Positions 38,679 through 49,018 of a DNA stretch of 64,000 nucleotides are shown piece by piece. Under the pieces are notes generated by a model, which was not told the origin of the DNA, did not search any database, and worked only from the letters and a program-made list of their open reading frames with translations. The position numbers were made by a program, and so were the translations under genes. The DNA comes from an uncultured Candidatus Entotheonella sp. (GTDB lineage: Bacteria > Tectomicrobia > Entotheonellia > Entotheonellales > Entotheonellaceae), in assembly GCA_965217185.1 (NCBI GenBank), contig OZ244252.1, positions 3,104,001-3,168,000 of the forward strand, written 5' to 3'. How positions within the stretch are numbered: the first letter of the stretch is position 1; the number at the start of each line of letters is the position of its first letter.

Positions 38679-39659
38679 ATGGTGTATGGCATCGGCAATG
38701 GCATTGTCGATCGGCAGGTTAAGGTGACGGACGATGAGCTGCAAGCCTTGCAACTCAGCAAGGGCCGTATGGAACTGACGGATGCGCGGGAGCAAGCGGG
38801 CATTCTGGCGCATCTCGACGACCGCGAAGGGGAACTCCACGCCGGCGGTTCGGCAGCCAACACGATTGTGGGCATCGCGCAGATGGGCGGCAAGGCGGCG
38901 TATGCGTGCTCGCTGGCAGAGGACGGTGCCGGGCAGCACTACCGGTCGGAGTTCACGCAGTTTGGCATTCACCTGACCGGTACCGACAAGCCGGACGACA
39001 CCACCGGCCTGTGCCTGGTGCTGGTGACACCGGACGGCGAGCGCACCATGAAGACCTGCCTCGGTGCCTCAGCCCAACTGTGTCCTGAGGACATTGACGA
39101 AACAACCGTGGCGGCGTCTCAGTGGGTGTATCTGGAGGGCTACCTGCTGGCGGGCGAGGCCACGCGGGCGGCGACCTTTCACGCCATGGACTTGGCACGG
39201 CGGCACGGCACCCGCATCGCCTTTTCGTTCTCTGACCGCTTCGTGGTGAAGGCGTTCGGCGACGACGTGAAGAAGATCGTCGCAGCCTACGCCGACTTGG
39301 TTTTCGCTAACGAATCCGAGGCCGAGGCGTATACCGGAATGAGCGATCCGCAGGCATCGCTCGCGGCGCTGCTGGGCGAGTGCGCCAACGCCTGCGTGAC
39401 GTGCAGCGAACGCGGCTCCTACGTACATCTGAACGGCGAACGACACTACGTGCCGGCGCTGAAAACCCAAGCCATCGACATGACCGGCGCCGGCGACATC
39501 TACGCCGCCGGCGTCCTGTACGGCATTTCAAGCGGCGCGGCGCCTGAGCGAGCGGCGCGTCTGGGAGCGCGAGTGGCTTACGACGTTGTTCGCCAGATGG
39601 GCGCTCGCTTGGAAGGCGATCTCACCCGTATCGCCGGCGACATCCTGTCCGGTTCCTGA
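38679..39659 (+). CDS. PfkB-family kinase (adenosine kinase-like)
   Basis: GGSAANT, GERTM, NESEA, DMTGAGD; start uncertain. Confidence 0.88.
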   Translation: MVYGIGNGIVDRQVKVTDDELQALQLSKGRMELTDAREQAGILAHLDDREGELHAGGSAANTIVGIAQMGGKAAYACSLAEDGAGQHYRSEFTQFGIHLTGTDKPDDTTGLCLVLVTPDGERTMKTCLGASAQLCPEDIDETTVAASQWVYLEGYLLAGEATRAATFHAMDLARRHGTRIAFSFSDRFVVKAFGDDVKKIVAAYADLVFANESEAEAYTGMSDPQASLAALLGECANACVTCSERGSYVHLNGERHYVPALKTQAIDMTGAGDIYAAGVLYGISSGAAPERAARLGARVAYDVVRQMGARLEGDLTRIAGDILSGS

Positions 39660-39688
39660 GCCGCTCCAATTCTAAAACCCAGCGGAGT

Positions 39689-39718
39689 GTCGGATTACGC
39701 TTCGCTAATCCGACCTAC
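39689..39718 (-). repeat. GTAG-type REP palindrome
   Basis: GTCGGATTA...TAATCCGAC-CTAC; its GTAG includes the TAG stop of the GNAT gene. Confidence 0.8.
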
Positions 39719-40836
39719 ACCGGCTTTTCATATAGCCGATAGCGCTTGTACGCCCTCGCGCCCTGTGCCTCCAGCGCCCGGATAATCAGCGTGTTGTCCT
39801 CCAGGATCCACGCCGACTCGCCGTGCAGTAGGCCGAGCTTCGATCCCTGCTCCCACAACTCCGCGTACAGCAGCAGGTCAATACCGAGCCGGCGGTGTTT
39901 CTTCCTGACGCCGGCGAGGGCAATGCGGACGGTTTTGGCGCGGCGGCGCTCGATGAGGAAGCGCGCCAGGCCCCATGGCGTCAGATGGCCGTTCATGTGG
40001 CGCAGGCCGCGGTTGAGATCGGGAATGGCGACCAGGCAGCCGACTGCCTCGCCGTCGATTTCGGCCAGCAGAGTGAGTTTGGGGATGACGGCCAGCTTCA
40101 ACTCCTTGGCCATATGCTGCGCCTCGGCGTCGGTGATCGGCACGAAGCCCCAGTTGTCGCTCCAGGCGTCGTTGTACACCTCGGTGATGCGCCGCACGTC
40201 GGCGGCGAAGTCCTTCATGTTGGCGTGGCGGACGGTGATGCGACCGCGGCGCTGGCGGCGGGCAATGGCCTCCCGCACGCGCGGGTCGAGGTCGGGCCAG
40301 CGGTGGCGGTAGAAGGCCAGCAGGTCTTTGCACTTGCCCAACCCGGCGGCCTCGATGAAGGCGGCGTAGCATGGCGGATTGTATGCCGAGTGGAAGATGG
40401 GCGAGGCGCCGAAGCCCTCTACCAGCAGGCCCATGTCCAGCTCGTTGCTGGATAGGTTCACCGGGCCGCGCAGAAAAGTGGCGCCGTGCTCTCGCACCCA
40501 TGCGGCGGCGGCGTCAAGCAGGGTGGCGGCGGCTTCCGGGCAATCCGGCAGGCACTCGAACAGCCCAAAGAATCCCGCCTTCTCGTTGTGGTACTGGTCG
40601 TGCACCTCATTGATCACCGCGGCGACGCGGCCCACCGTGCGGCCGCCGTCGTGCGCCAGGAACAACTGCACCTGGGCGTGTTGGAAAAAGGGATTCTTAC
40701 GCGGGTTGAGGAACGCTTTGCGGTCCATGATGAGCGGCGGCACCCAGTAAGGGTCGCCGGCGTAGACCTGCCAGGGGAGCTTGATGAACGCCTTGGTATC
40801 GTTGGGCTGCAGCGGCGTGATGGTGATGGACGGCAT
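39715..40836 (-). CDS. GNAT-fold protein, bacterial ceramide synthase (bCerS)-like
   Basis: DPYWVPPL, NPFFQHA, GFFGLFE, YNPP, AWSDNWGFVP, SWILEDN, YKRYRLY; next to Spt. Confidence 0.7.
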   Translation of the reverse strand: MPSITITPLQPNDTKAFIKLPWQVYAGDPYWVPPLIMDRKAFLNPRKNPFFQHAQVQLFLAHDGGRTVGRVAAVINEVHDQYHNEKAGFFGLFECLPDCPEAAATLLDAAAAWVREHGATFLRGPVNLSSNELDMGLLVEGFGASPIFHSAYNPPCYAAFIEAAGLGKCKDLLAFYRHRWPDLDPRVREAIARRQRRGRITVRHANMKDFAADVRRITEVYNDAWSDNWGFVPITDAEAQHMAKELKLAVIPKLTLLAEIDGEAVGCLVAIPDLNRGLRHMNGHLTPWGLARFLIERRRAKTVRIALAGVRKKHRRLGIDLLLYAELWEQGSKLGLLHGESAWILEDNTLIIRALEAQGARAYKRYRLYEKPV

Positions 40837-40874
40837 GGGTCGCCTTCAGCGCATCCGAGCAGTGAGCGGGTGTA

Positions 40875-42059
40875 TCAGGGAATGACGCACAGTTCGCGGC
40901 CCACGTCGGCGAAGACTTCGAGAACGTGGTCGAGCTGCGGCGGGGTGTGCGTGGCGATGACGCTGGTGCGCAGCAGGGAGCCGCCCGGCGCCACGGCTTG
41001 GCGGACGGCGGCGTTGGTGAACACGCCGCGCTCGAACAGGGCCTTCCAGAAGCGGAACGTCAGGTGGTCTTCGCCGAGAATGACGGGAATTACCGGCGTG
41101 GCACTCCTGCCGGTATTGAAGCCGAGGTCTTGCAGGCCGTTTCGCAGGTGGTGGGTGTTGCGCCACAGCACCTCGCGGCGTTCGGGTTCCTGCTCGATGA
41201 TGTCGAGGGCGGCGATGACGGCGGCGACGGTGGCCGGGGCCATGCTGGCGCTGAACATCAAGGCGCGGGCGTGGTGCTTGACGTAATCGACGACGTCAAA
41301 GTCGGCGGCGATGAAGCCGCCCATGGACGCGAACGATTTGCTGAAGGTGCCGACGCTGATGTCGACGCTCTGCTCAATGCCGAAGTGCTCGCCGGTGCCG
41401 CGCCCGTTGTCGCCCAAGATGCCAATGGAGTGGGCGTCGTCCACCACCAGCACGGCACCGTACGCCTGGCACAGTTTGGCGACCTCGGGCAGGCTGACGA
41501 TGCTGCCTTCCATGCTGAAGACGCCGTCCACCACGACCATGCGGCCGCAATCGGGGTCGAGCTGGCCGAGGACGCGCTCCAGGTCTGCCATGTCGTTGTG
41601 GCGGAATTTAAGGGTTTTGCCGAAGGACAGGCGGCAGCCGTCGAAAATGCTGGCGTGGTCTTGGCGGTCGGTGATGACGTAATCGCCTTTGCCAACCAGG
41701 GAAGCGATGGTGCCGAGGTTGGTCTGATAGCCGGTGCTGAACATCAGGGCGGCCTCGCGCTGCATGAAGTCGGCCAACCGCTCCTCGGCTTCCACGTGAA
41801 TGGACAGCGTGCCGTTGAGGTAGCGCGAGCCGGTGCAGCCGGTGCCGTATTGCTTCACGGCTTTGATGACCGCTTCTTTGACTTTGGGATGGTTGGTGAG
41901 GCCGAGGTAATTGTTGGAGCCGACCATGATCATCTTCTTGCCATCGACGATGGCTTCGGCGCCCTGTTCGGATTCGACCACCTTGAAATAAGGATGCCAG
42001 CCCATCTTGCGGGCAATTTTGGCTTCCTCAAAGTTGTAGCATTTTTCAAGAAGGTTCAT
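40875..42059 (-). CDS. Alpha-oxoamine synthase, serine palmitoyltransferase-like
   Basis: HPYF..ESEQ, GSNNYLGL, TGSRYLNGT, DDAHS, GTFSKS (PLP Lys). Confidence 0.78.
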   Translation of the reverse strand: MNLLEKCYNFEEAKIARKMGWHPYFKVVESEQGAEAIVDGKKMIMVGSNNYLGLTNHPKVKEAVIKAVKQYGTGCTGSRYLNGTLSIHVEAEERLADFMQREAALMFSTGYQTNLGTIASLVGKGDYVITDRQDHASIFDGCRLSFGKTLKFRHNDMADLERVLGQLDPDCGRMVVVDGVFSMEGSIVSLPEVAKLCQAYGAVLVVDDAHSIGILGDNGRGTGEHFGIEQSVDISVGTFSKSFASMGGFIAADFDVVDYVKHHARALMFSASMAPATVAAVIAALDIIEQEPERREVLWRNTHHLRNGLQDLGFNTGRSATPVIPVILGEDHLTFRFWKALFERGVFTNAAVRQAVAPGGSLLRTSVIATHTPPQLDHVLEVFADVGRELCVIP

Positions 42060-42223
42060 GTCTGCTCCATGACAAAACGATAATTTTTGGCGGCGCGTAT
42101 GATAGGTACTCGGGGGTGGGTTGTCAATTCGGCCTCCAGGCGGCCTCACGGCTTGCGATCATGGACTAAACGGTCTCGCGGGCGGACGTTTTTCGGTAAT
42201 CGGAAGCCGTAAAAGGCCCGCCG

Positions 42224-43540
42224 CTAGCCCTTCTCCCCGGCCTCGTAGGCGGCTGCCAGCAGCTCGATGGGGTGGACCACGGGGGCGTTGAGCCCGGCGA
42301 GGCGAGCGCCGGTGCGGAGTTGCATCATGCAGCCGGGGTTGCCGGTGGCAATGACGTCGGGCTCGGCGGCGGCGATGTGCTCCATTTTATGTTCGAGGAT
42401 GCGGCGCGACATGTCCTGGTGGGTGATGTTGTAGATACCGGCGGCGCCGCAGCAGAAATCAGCATCGGTGACGGGCGCCAACTCCAGGCCGGGTATCTGT
42501 TGCAGCAAATCGCGCGGCTGCTGGCGAATGCGCTGGGCGTGCAGCAGGTGGCAGGGGTCGTCGTAGGCCACGCGCTTGGGCACAGGCCCCAACGGCCCGC
42601 GCAGTGGCTCCTGCGCGAGGCATTCGGAAACGTCCTGCACGCGCTCGCTGAAGCGGTGGGCGCGGTCGGCGAATTGGGGATCGTCAGCCAGCAGTTCGGC
42701 ATAGCTCTTGAGCTGTGCGCCGCAGCCGGCCGCGTTGTTGACGATGACATCAACGTCCTGCCGCTCGAACACGGCGATGTTGCGCTGCGCCAGCGCCTTG
42801 GCCTGCTCGCGGTCGCCGGCGTGCATGTGCAGCGCGCCGCAGCACGCTTGGTCGCGTGGGATGCGAACGCCGCAGCCGTTAGCTTGCAGGACCCGCGTGG
42901 TGGCGTTGTGCACGTCGACGAACAGCCCGTCCATGACGCAGCCGGCGAAGAACCCCACGGTGCGCGTGGCCGGTTCCTGGCCGGGCAGGTATTCCGGCAC
43001 GCTGCGGCTGAAGGGCCGCGGCGGCAGGTCCGGCAGCATGGCCTCCATGTCCTTGAGGCGCGCCGGCAGCAGGTTGAACACGCCCACCGCATGCAGCAGC
43101 CGTTGCAAACCGGTGCGCTGGTAGAGACGCAGCAGGCGGAATATTCCGCGCAGCAAGCTTGGATGCGGGAATAGCCCGCGAAACACCAGCCAGCGCAGCA
43201 ATCGTCCGGCCAAGGGGCGCGGCGTCTGCCGCTCGATCTGACCGCGTGCGCGTTCCATCAGGTCGCCAAACTCCACGTGCGACGGGCAGGCCGTCTCGCA
43301 GGCGCGGCAGTCGAGGCACAGGTACATGTGCTCGATGAAATTCGGCGTCATGCCCAGGCGACCCTCGTCCACCGCCTTGATGAGATACACACGCCCGCGC
43401 GGCGAGTCCATTTCCGTGCCCAGCGTGCGGTAGGTGGGACACTTGTCCAGGCAAAGCCCGCAATGAATGCACGTGCTGATTTTCTCCTGCTGCGGGCGAT
43501 CCACCTGATCGAAACCGGGTAACGACGCCTTCGCGTTCAC
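42224..43540 (-). CDS. glcF: Glycolate oxidase Fe-S subunit
   Basis: Two CxxCxxCxxxCP motifs and CCG domains. Confidence 0.9.
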   Translation of the reverse strand: MNAKASLPGFDQVDRPQQEKISTCIHCGLCLDKCPTYRTLGTEMDSPRGRVYLIKAVDEGRLGMTPNFIEHMYLCLDCRACETACPSHVEFGDLMERARGQIERQTPRPLAGRLLRWLVFRGLFPHPSLLRGIFRLLRLYQRTGLQRLLHAVGVFNLLPARLKDMEAMLPDLPPRPFSRSVPEYLPGQEPATRTVGFFAGCVMDGLFVDVHNATTRVLQANGCGVRIPRDQACCGALHMHAGDREQAKALAQRNIAVFERQDVDVIVNNAAGCGAQLKSYAELLADDPQFADRAHRFSERVQDVSECLAQEPLRGPLGPVPKRVAYDDPCHLLHAQRIRQQPRDLLQQIPGLELAPVTDADFCCGAAGIYNITHQDMSRRILEHKMEHIAAAEPDVIATGNPGCMMQLRTGARLAGLNAPVVHPIELLAAAYEAGEKG

Positions 43541-43543
43541 GTC

Positions 43544-44896
43544 TTACAGTCCTCCTATGAAACGTCCGGGGTTGAGCCGGCGCTTGGGGTCGTACGACGC
43601 CTTGAGCGCCTGCATGACGGCAAAGTTGTCGCCCACCGGCCCCCACACCTCGCAGCGCCGCTTCACCGCCACCGGTGCCCGCTCGATCACCCGGTGACCG
43701 TTGAGGCGCGCGACGCAGGCGTCAAGCGACTGTATCTGCACCACCAACGCCTCTTCGTTGTGGTCACCGGCTGGGATTTGCACGGATACAATGCCGTTAC
43801 CGGCATGGGCATGCAGCAACCAGGGTGGATCAGCCAACAGGGCCTCGATGTCCGCGCAGAAGGCGGCGAGGTCGGTGATGCGCAGGCCGACTTTGGCGGT
43901 GACGGTATCGGTCGTGAACGCCTGCGTTGCCAGGGAAGACCACAGGCGTCGCTGTTCTTCCGGTTGCCAGTCTAGCGTGGCCGTGGGGACGCTGAGGGAC
44001 AGCCCGCGCAGGGCTTCGGCGATACGATCCTTCTGGCCGGTGGACACCGCGGCGTCGCCTTCCAGCCGCGCCAGGAACAGATACGGCGAAGCCGGCACCG
44101 TCACGCCGCCACTGCCTTGCAGCGCTTGCAGCGCCTGCAGCGCCGCGGCGTTCAGCAATTCCAGGCTGTTGAGCCGCAGGGGAAGCCGCAACAGGGCGTT
44201 CAGTACGGGCAGGATGTCGGCGTGACCGGCGCAGGCAATGCCGATGGTCTCTTCGCCGGGCGGCAGGGGGTGAACCTTGAACGTCAACTCAAAGACCACG
44301 CCAAGGGTGCCGAGGGAGCCGATGTACAGCTTGGTCAGGTCGTAACCGGTGACATTCTTGACCACCCGACCGCCCGCCTTGCTGCGGGTGCCGTCGGCGG
44401 TTGCGACGCTGATGCCGAGCACCACGTCGCGCGCCGTGCCGTACAGCAGGCGCCGCGGCCCGCTGGCGTTGGTGGCAATCACGCCGCCGATCGTGGTCGC
44501 CGCGGTGGCCGGCGGATCGAGTGCTACGAACTGGCCCTGCGCTCCCAGAACCCCTTGCAATTCGCCCAACGGCATCCCCGCCTGCACCGTCATCGTCATG
44601 TCGCCGGGCTCATACGCCAGTTGACGCCGCAGCCGTTCGACGCTCAGCACCACGTCCACCCGCTCCGGCGTCGCCCCTAGCGGCGTGTGGCTGCCGCCGC
44701 CGCGCGGAAACACCGTCGCGTCATGCTCGTCGGCCAAGCGCAAGACATCGGCAACCTGAGTTTCGTCCTCGGGAAGGGCGACGAGGCTGGGCAGCACGTC
44801 ATCCACCGCGTAGGGCGCCGCCGCGGCGTCCGTGAGCAGATGTTTTTCGCCCACCACGGATTGCAGGGCCGTTGCCAGGCGCTCAAGCGTGGACAT
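43544..44896 (-). CDS. glcE: Glycolate oxidase FAD-binding subunit
   Basis: GPRRLLYG, GGRVVKNVTGYD, GSLGTLG, LNPGR. Confidence 0.88.
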   Translation of the reverse strand: MSTLERLATALQSVVGEKHLLTDAAAAPYAVDDVLPSLVALPEDETQVADVLRLADEHDATVFPRGGGSHTPLGATPERVDVVLSVERLRRQLAYEPGDMTMTVQAGMPLGELQGVLGAQGQFVALDPPATAATTIGGVIATNASGPRRLLYGTARDVVLGISVATADGTRSKAGGRVVKNVTGYDLTKLYIGSLGTLGVVFELTFKVHPLPPGEETIGIACAGHADILPVLNALLRLPLRLNSLELLNAAALQALQALQGSGGVTVPASPYLFLARLEGDAAVSTGQKDRIAEALRGLSLSVPTATLDWQPEEQRRLWSSLATQAFTTDTVTAKVGLRITDLAAFCADIEALLADPPWLLHAHAGNGIVSVQIPAGDHNEEALVVQIQSLDACVARLNGHRVIERAPVAVKRRCEVWGPVGDNFAVMQALKASYDPKRRLNPGRFIGGL

Positions 44897-46361
44897 GGGC
44901 ATCCTGCATGGCCGCGGCGACCGCCTCGTGGGTCTCGTGGTCGGGGGTGTCGTCGCCGGTGACCGCGCCGCAGCGGCAGCGGCCGCGCAGCGGGATGACC
45001 TTGTTGGGGTTGCACAATTCCTGCGGGTTGAACACTTGGCGCACGCGGCGCATGACGTCAAGGTCGGTCTCGCTGAACAGCCACGGCATGCAGTTCTTTT
45101 TTTCCAGGCCGATGCCGTGCTCGCCGCTCAGCACGCCGCCGAGGTCGACGCACGCCTGCAGAATGTCGTGCCCGGCCTTGAGGACGCGCTCGACCTCCTC
45201 GCTGTCGCGTTCGTCGTACAGCACCAGCGGATGCAGGTTGCCATCGCCGGCGTGAAAGACGTTGGCGATGCGCAGGCCGTACCGGTGGCTGATGAGTTGC
45301 AGGCGCGTCAGGGCTTCGGGCAGGCGGGTGCGGGGGATGACGCCGTCGTGGGTGTAATAGTTGGGCGTCAGGCGACCGATGGCGCCGAACGCCTCCTTGC
45401 GGCCCTTCCACAGCAAGGCGCGCTCGGCGTCGTCCTGGGCGACGCGCACGTTCTGGCAGTCGTTCTGCTGGCAGATGTCGGCAATGCGCTGCGCGTCGGC
45501 TTCCATGCCGTCCTCAATGCCGTCGAGTTCGATGAGCAGGAGGGCGCCGGCGTCCAGCGGCAGGCCGGCCTGGATGGCCGCCTCCACCGCCTGGATGGCC
45601 AGGTTGTCCATCATTTCCAGGGCGGCGGGGATGATACCGGCGCCGATGATGCCGCCCACCGCGTTGCTGCCCGCCTCAACGGTATCGAAAAAGGCCAGTA
45701 GCGTCTTGACCGCCTGCGGCTTGCGCATAATCCGCACGGTGACACTGGTGACGATGCCAAAAGTGCCCTCGGAGCCGACGAACAGGCCGGTCAGGTCGTA
45801 ACCCGGGGTGTCGAGCGCCGCGCCGCCGAAATGCACCAGCTCGCCGTTCGGCAGCACGACTTCCAGACCCAGCACGTGGTTGGTGGTGACGCCGTACTTG
45901 AGGGTGTGCGGGCCGCCGGAGTTCTCCGCCACGTTGCCGCCGATGGTGCACGAACCCTGGCTCGACGGGTCCGGCGCGTAGTAGAAGCCGCCGTCCGACA
46001 CGGCCAGCGACAGGTGCAGGTTCACCAGGCCCGGCTGCACCACGGCGCGCTGGTTGCTGTAATCGATTTCCAGGATTTTGTTCATGCGGCACATCTCGAT
46101 GACAATGCCGCCCTCGAGCGCCAGGGCGCCGCCGCTCAGCCCGGTGCCGGCGCCGCGCGCCACGAACGGGATGTCGTGCCGATCGGCCAGCTTGACGATA
46201 TCCATCACCTGCTCGGTGCTGGCCGGGAAGACGACCACGTCGGGCGGCGCCTTGTCGAGCGTATGGCCGTCGCACTCGTACACCAGCATGTCCTCCGGCA
46301 GGGTCAGCAGCGGCTGCGGCGCGACGACGGCCGCGAGTTCCCGTAAAACCGATTGTTCCAT
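44883..46361 (-). CDS. glcD: Glycolate oxidase subunit
   Basis: RGAGTGLSGG, APDPSS, HAGDGNLHP, GEHGIG. Confidence 0.92.
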   Translation of the reverse strand: MEQSVLRELAAVVAPQPLLTLPEDMLVYECDGHTLDKAPPDVVVFPASTEQVMDIVKLADRHDIPFVARGAGTGLSGGALALEGGIVIEMCRMNKILEIDYSNQRAVVQPGLVNLHLSLAVSDGGFYYAPDPSSQGSCTIGGNVAENSGGPHTLKYGVTTNHVLGLEVVLPNGELVHFGGAALDTPGYDLTGLFVGSEGTFGIVTSVTVRIMRKPQAVKTLLAFFDTVEAGSNAVGGIIGAGIIPAALEMMDNLAIQAVEAAIQAGLPLDAGALLLIELDGIEDGMEADAQRIADICQQNDCQNVRVAQDDAERALLWKGRKEAFGAIGRLTPNYYTHDGVIPRTRLPEALTRLQLISHRYGLRIANVFHAGDGNLHPLVLYDERDSEEVERVLKAGHDILQACVDLGGVLSGEHGIGLEKKNCMPWLFSETDLDVMRRVRQVFNPQELCNPNKVIPLRGRCRCGAVTGDDTPDHETHEAVAAAMQDAHVHA

Positions 46362-46516
46362 GGCGTATCTCCCTGCCAAGTGCCGCAGAGCCTGCCCCCG
46401 ACTTGAGCGGGGGGCGGCTGTGTTGGAAGGTTCCGTGGCTGTATGGAGGGCAATCATAAGCCGGAAGGGGCGGAGGGTCAATTGGGCCGACCTTCGCAGG
46501 GCGAGCGTATGTTCAT

Positions 46517-46552
46517 GTAGGTCGGATTAGCCGCAGGCATAATCCGACCTAC
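46517..46552. repeat. GTAG-type REP palindrome with GTAG/CTAC at both ends
   Basis: GTAGGTCGGATTA...TAATCCGACCTAC. Confidence 0.8.
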
Positions 46553-46714
46553 CACTGCAGTTCAACCCACAAATGCTCCATTTGTGGCCGGTTCTGGCCG
46601 GATGCTGCCACCTGCGCTCACCCTGCCGGGCCTCGTTGCCACCAGCGCCGGGGCTGTGTCATCATGCAGCCTCCATCCACGCATTCCCAGATTTCACAAG
46701 GCGGAGAATTCACC

Positions 46715-48496
46715 ATGCGCATGAGCCGATTGTTCAGCCAGACGCTGCGAGACGTGCCCGGCGAAGCCGAGCTGCCGAGTCATCAACTGCTGCTCAAGGC
46801 CGGTCTGGTGCGGCCCCTGTCGGCGGGCAGCTACAGCTACCTGCCCCTGGCACGGCGGGCGCTGACGAAGATTGAGGACATCATCCGCGAGGAGATGGAC
46901 GCCATCGGCGGCCAGGAGATCACCATGCCGGTGGTGCACCCGGCGTCGCTGTGGCAGGAGACGGGGCGGTGGTATCAGGTCGGGCCGGAGATGGCGCGCT
47001 TCAAGGACCGCGCCGAGCGCGACATGGTACTGGCTATGACGCACGAAGAGGTGATCGCCGACCTGGTGCGGCAGGAGGTGCGCTCGTACCGGCAGTTGCC
47101 GTGCCTGCTGTACCAGATCCAGACGAAGTACCGCGACGAGCCGCGGGCGCGCGGCGGGCTGATCCGCGTGCGCGAGTTCACCATGAAGGACAGCTACAGC
47201 CTGGACGCCGACTGGAAGGGCCTCGATGCTCAGTACCGGGCGCATTACCAAGCGTATTTCAACATCTTCCAGCGCTGCCATGTGCCGGTGATTGCGGTGC
47301 GTTCCGACGTCGGCATGATGGGCGGCCAGATGGCGCACGAGTATATGTACCTGAACCCCATCGGCGAGGACACCCTGGTGCTGTGCAACGGCTGTGGCTA
47401 CGCCGCGAATCGCCAAGTGGCGGCGGCACGGCTGCCGGCGGCCGAAGCGGAGGCGCCGTTGCCGAGTGAGCCGGTGGCAACGCCGGATACACCGACAATC
47501 GAGGCGCTGGCCGAGCTTTTGCGAGTGCCGACGGCGCGCACGGCCAAGGCCGTGTTCTTCATGGCCACCATTGCCGGCGGCGGAGGCGAGGCAGACCGCG
47601 AGCGCTTCGTGTTTGCCGTGGTGCGCGGCGACAGCGAGTTGAACGAGACGAAGCTCGCCAACGCCATCGGCGCCCGCGACCTGCGGCCGGCGCGCGGGGA
47701 GGAGATTCGCGCCGTCGGAGCCGAACCGGGGTACGCCTCGCCGGTCGGGCTGCGGGCGGACGATCTGCTGTTGGTAGTGGACGAAATAATCCCCCAGTCG
47801 CCCAATTTGGTCGCCGGCGCCAACAAGCCCGGTTATCACCTGCGGAACACGAACTATGGGCGCGATTACACCGCGGCGCACGTGGCGGACCTCGTGCTGG
47901 CGCGCGGCGGCGACGCCTGCGCGCAGTGCAGCGGGACGCTGCGCACCTCGCGCGGTGTCGAAGTCGGCAACATCTTCAAGCTGGGCACGCGCTACACCGA
48001 GGCGCTGGGGGCCGTGTTCCTGGACAGCGACGGCACCAGCAAGCCGGTCATCATGGGCTCCTACGGCATCGGCAGCGGACGGCTGCTGTCCTGCGTCATC
48101 GAGGAGCACCACGACGAGCGTGGCATCCGCTTTCCGGTCAGTATTGCGCCCTACCACGTCTCATGCGTCGCGCTGTTGCAGCGGGCGCCGGAAGTCGCCG
48201 AGGCAGCCGATCGCCTGTACCAAGAGGCATGGTCGCAGGGTGTGGAAATGCTATTGGACGACCGCGACGCCACCCCCGGCGTGAAGTTCAACGACGCCGA
48301 CCTGATCGGCCTGCCGCTGCGGCTCACCCTCGGAGCGCGCTCGCTGCGCCAGGGCGGCGCGGAACTGAAATCGCGCGACAGCGAGGAGAGCCGCATCGTG
48401 CCGCTGGACGAAGTGGTGCCGACGCTGCGGGCCGAAGTGGATCGCCTGCTGGCGGAAAGCCGGGGGAGGGTAACAGCGGTGCCGTATGCAGACTAA
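46715..48496 (+). CDS. proS: Proline--tRNA ligase with editing domain
   Basis: WQETGRW, THEE, RDEPR, REFTMKDSYS, EVGNIFKLG, MGSYGIG. Confidence 0.96.
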   Translation: MRMSRLFSQTLRDVPGEAELPSHQLLLKAGLVRPLSAGSYSYLPLARRALTKIEDIIREEMDAIGGQEITMPVVHPASLWQETGRWYQVGPEMARFKDRAERDMVLAMTHEEVIADLVRQEVRSYRQLPCLLYQIQTKYRDEPRARGGLIRVREFTMKDSYSLDADWKGLDAQYRAHYQAYFNIFQRCHVPVIAVRSDVGMMGGQMAHEYMYLNPIGEDTLVLCNGCGYAANRQVAAARLPAAEAEAPLPSEPVATPDTPTIEALAELLRVPTARTAKAVFFMATIAGGGGEADRERFVFAVVRGDSELNETKLANAIGARDLRPARGEEIRAVGAEPGYASPVGLRADDLLLVVDEIIPQSPNLVAGANKPGYHLRNTNYGRDYTAAHVADLVLARGGDACAQCSGTLRTSRGVEVGNIFKLGTRYTEALGAVFLDSDGTSKPVIMGSYGIGSGRLLSCVIEEHHDERGIRFPVSIAPYHVSCVALLQRAPEVAEAADRLYQEAWSQGVEMLLDDRDATPGVKFNDADLIGLPLRLTLGARSLRQGGAELKSRDSEESRIVPLDEVVPTLRAEVDRLLAESRGRVTAVPYAD

Positions 48497-49005
48497 CGCG
48501 GGGCTTCGTTCTCGGGCGTCACTTCGGGTTCGTCCCGGCGATGGCGGCTTAGGTAACTATCGAGTGACCGTTGCAGCTTTGGCGGCAAATCGAGGCCGCT
48601 CAGGCCGTGGGCGCGGTTAAATTTGTCCAGCGCTTCCTCGTGCTTGCCGAGGCGGGCCAAGGCGGCGCCCCAGTTGTAGAGGGCGGCGGCGTTGTCCGGC
48701 TCCTGCTCCAGGACCTGTTGGAAATGACCTAAGGCTTCCAGCGGCCGGCCGCCGCGCGACAGGCTGGCGCCCCAGTTGATCCTGGCCTTCAGGTGCTCCG
48801 GGTCGGCGTTGGCGACGCGGGCAAAATGCCCGGCGGCATCGTCATAGCGCCCGGCCAGATAGGCCGCCCGGCCTTCCTGATAAACCTGCTCCAGTTGCTC
48901 CGCATCCTGCGCGTCGAGCGGCACCGGCTGCTCGTCCTTGGACGCGCAGGCCGCCAGCAGCACGGTGAAGGCCAGGAGCAATACCCACTTCGCGTACCCA
49001 TCCAT
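48493..49005 (-). CDS. TPR lipoprotein
   Basis: Lipobox LAAC; TPR motifs. Confidence 0.8.
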   Translation of the reverse strand: MDGYAKWVLLLAFTVLLAACASKDEQPVPLDAQDAEQLEQVYQEGRAAYLAGRYDDAAGHFARVANADPEHLKARINWGASLSRGGRPLEALGHFQQVLEQEPDNAAALYNWGAALARLGKHEEALDKFNRAHGLSGLDLPPKLQRSLDSYLSRHRRDEPEVTPENEAPR

Positions 49006-49018
49006 TCTCGCGTCTCCC

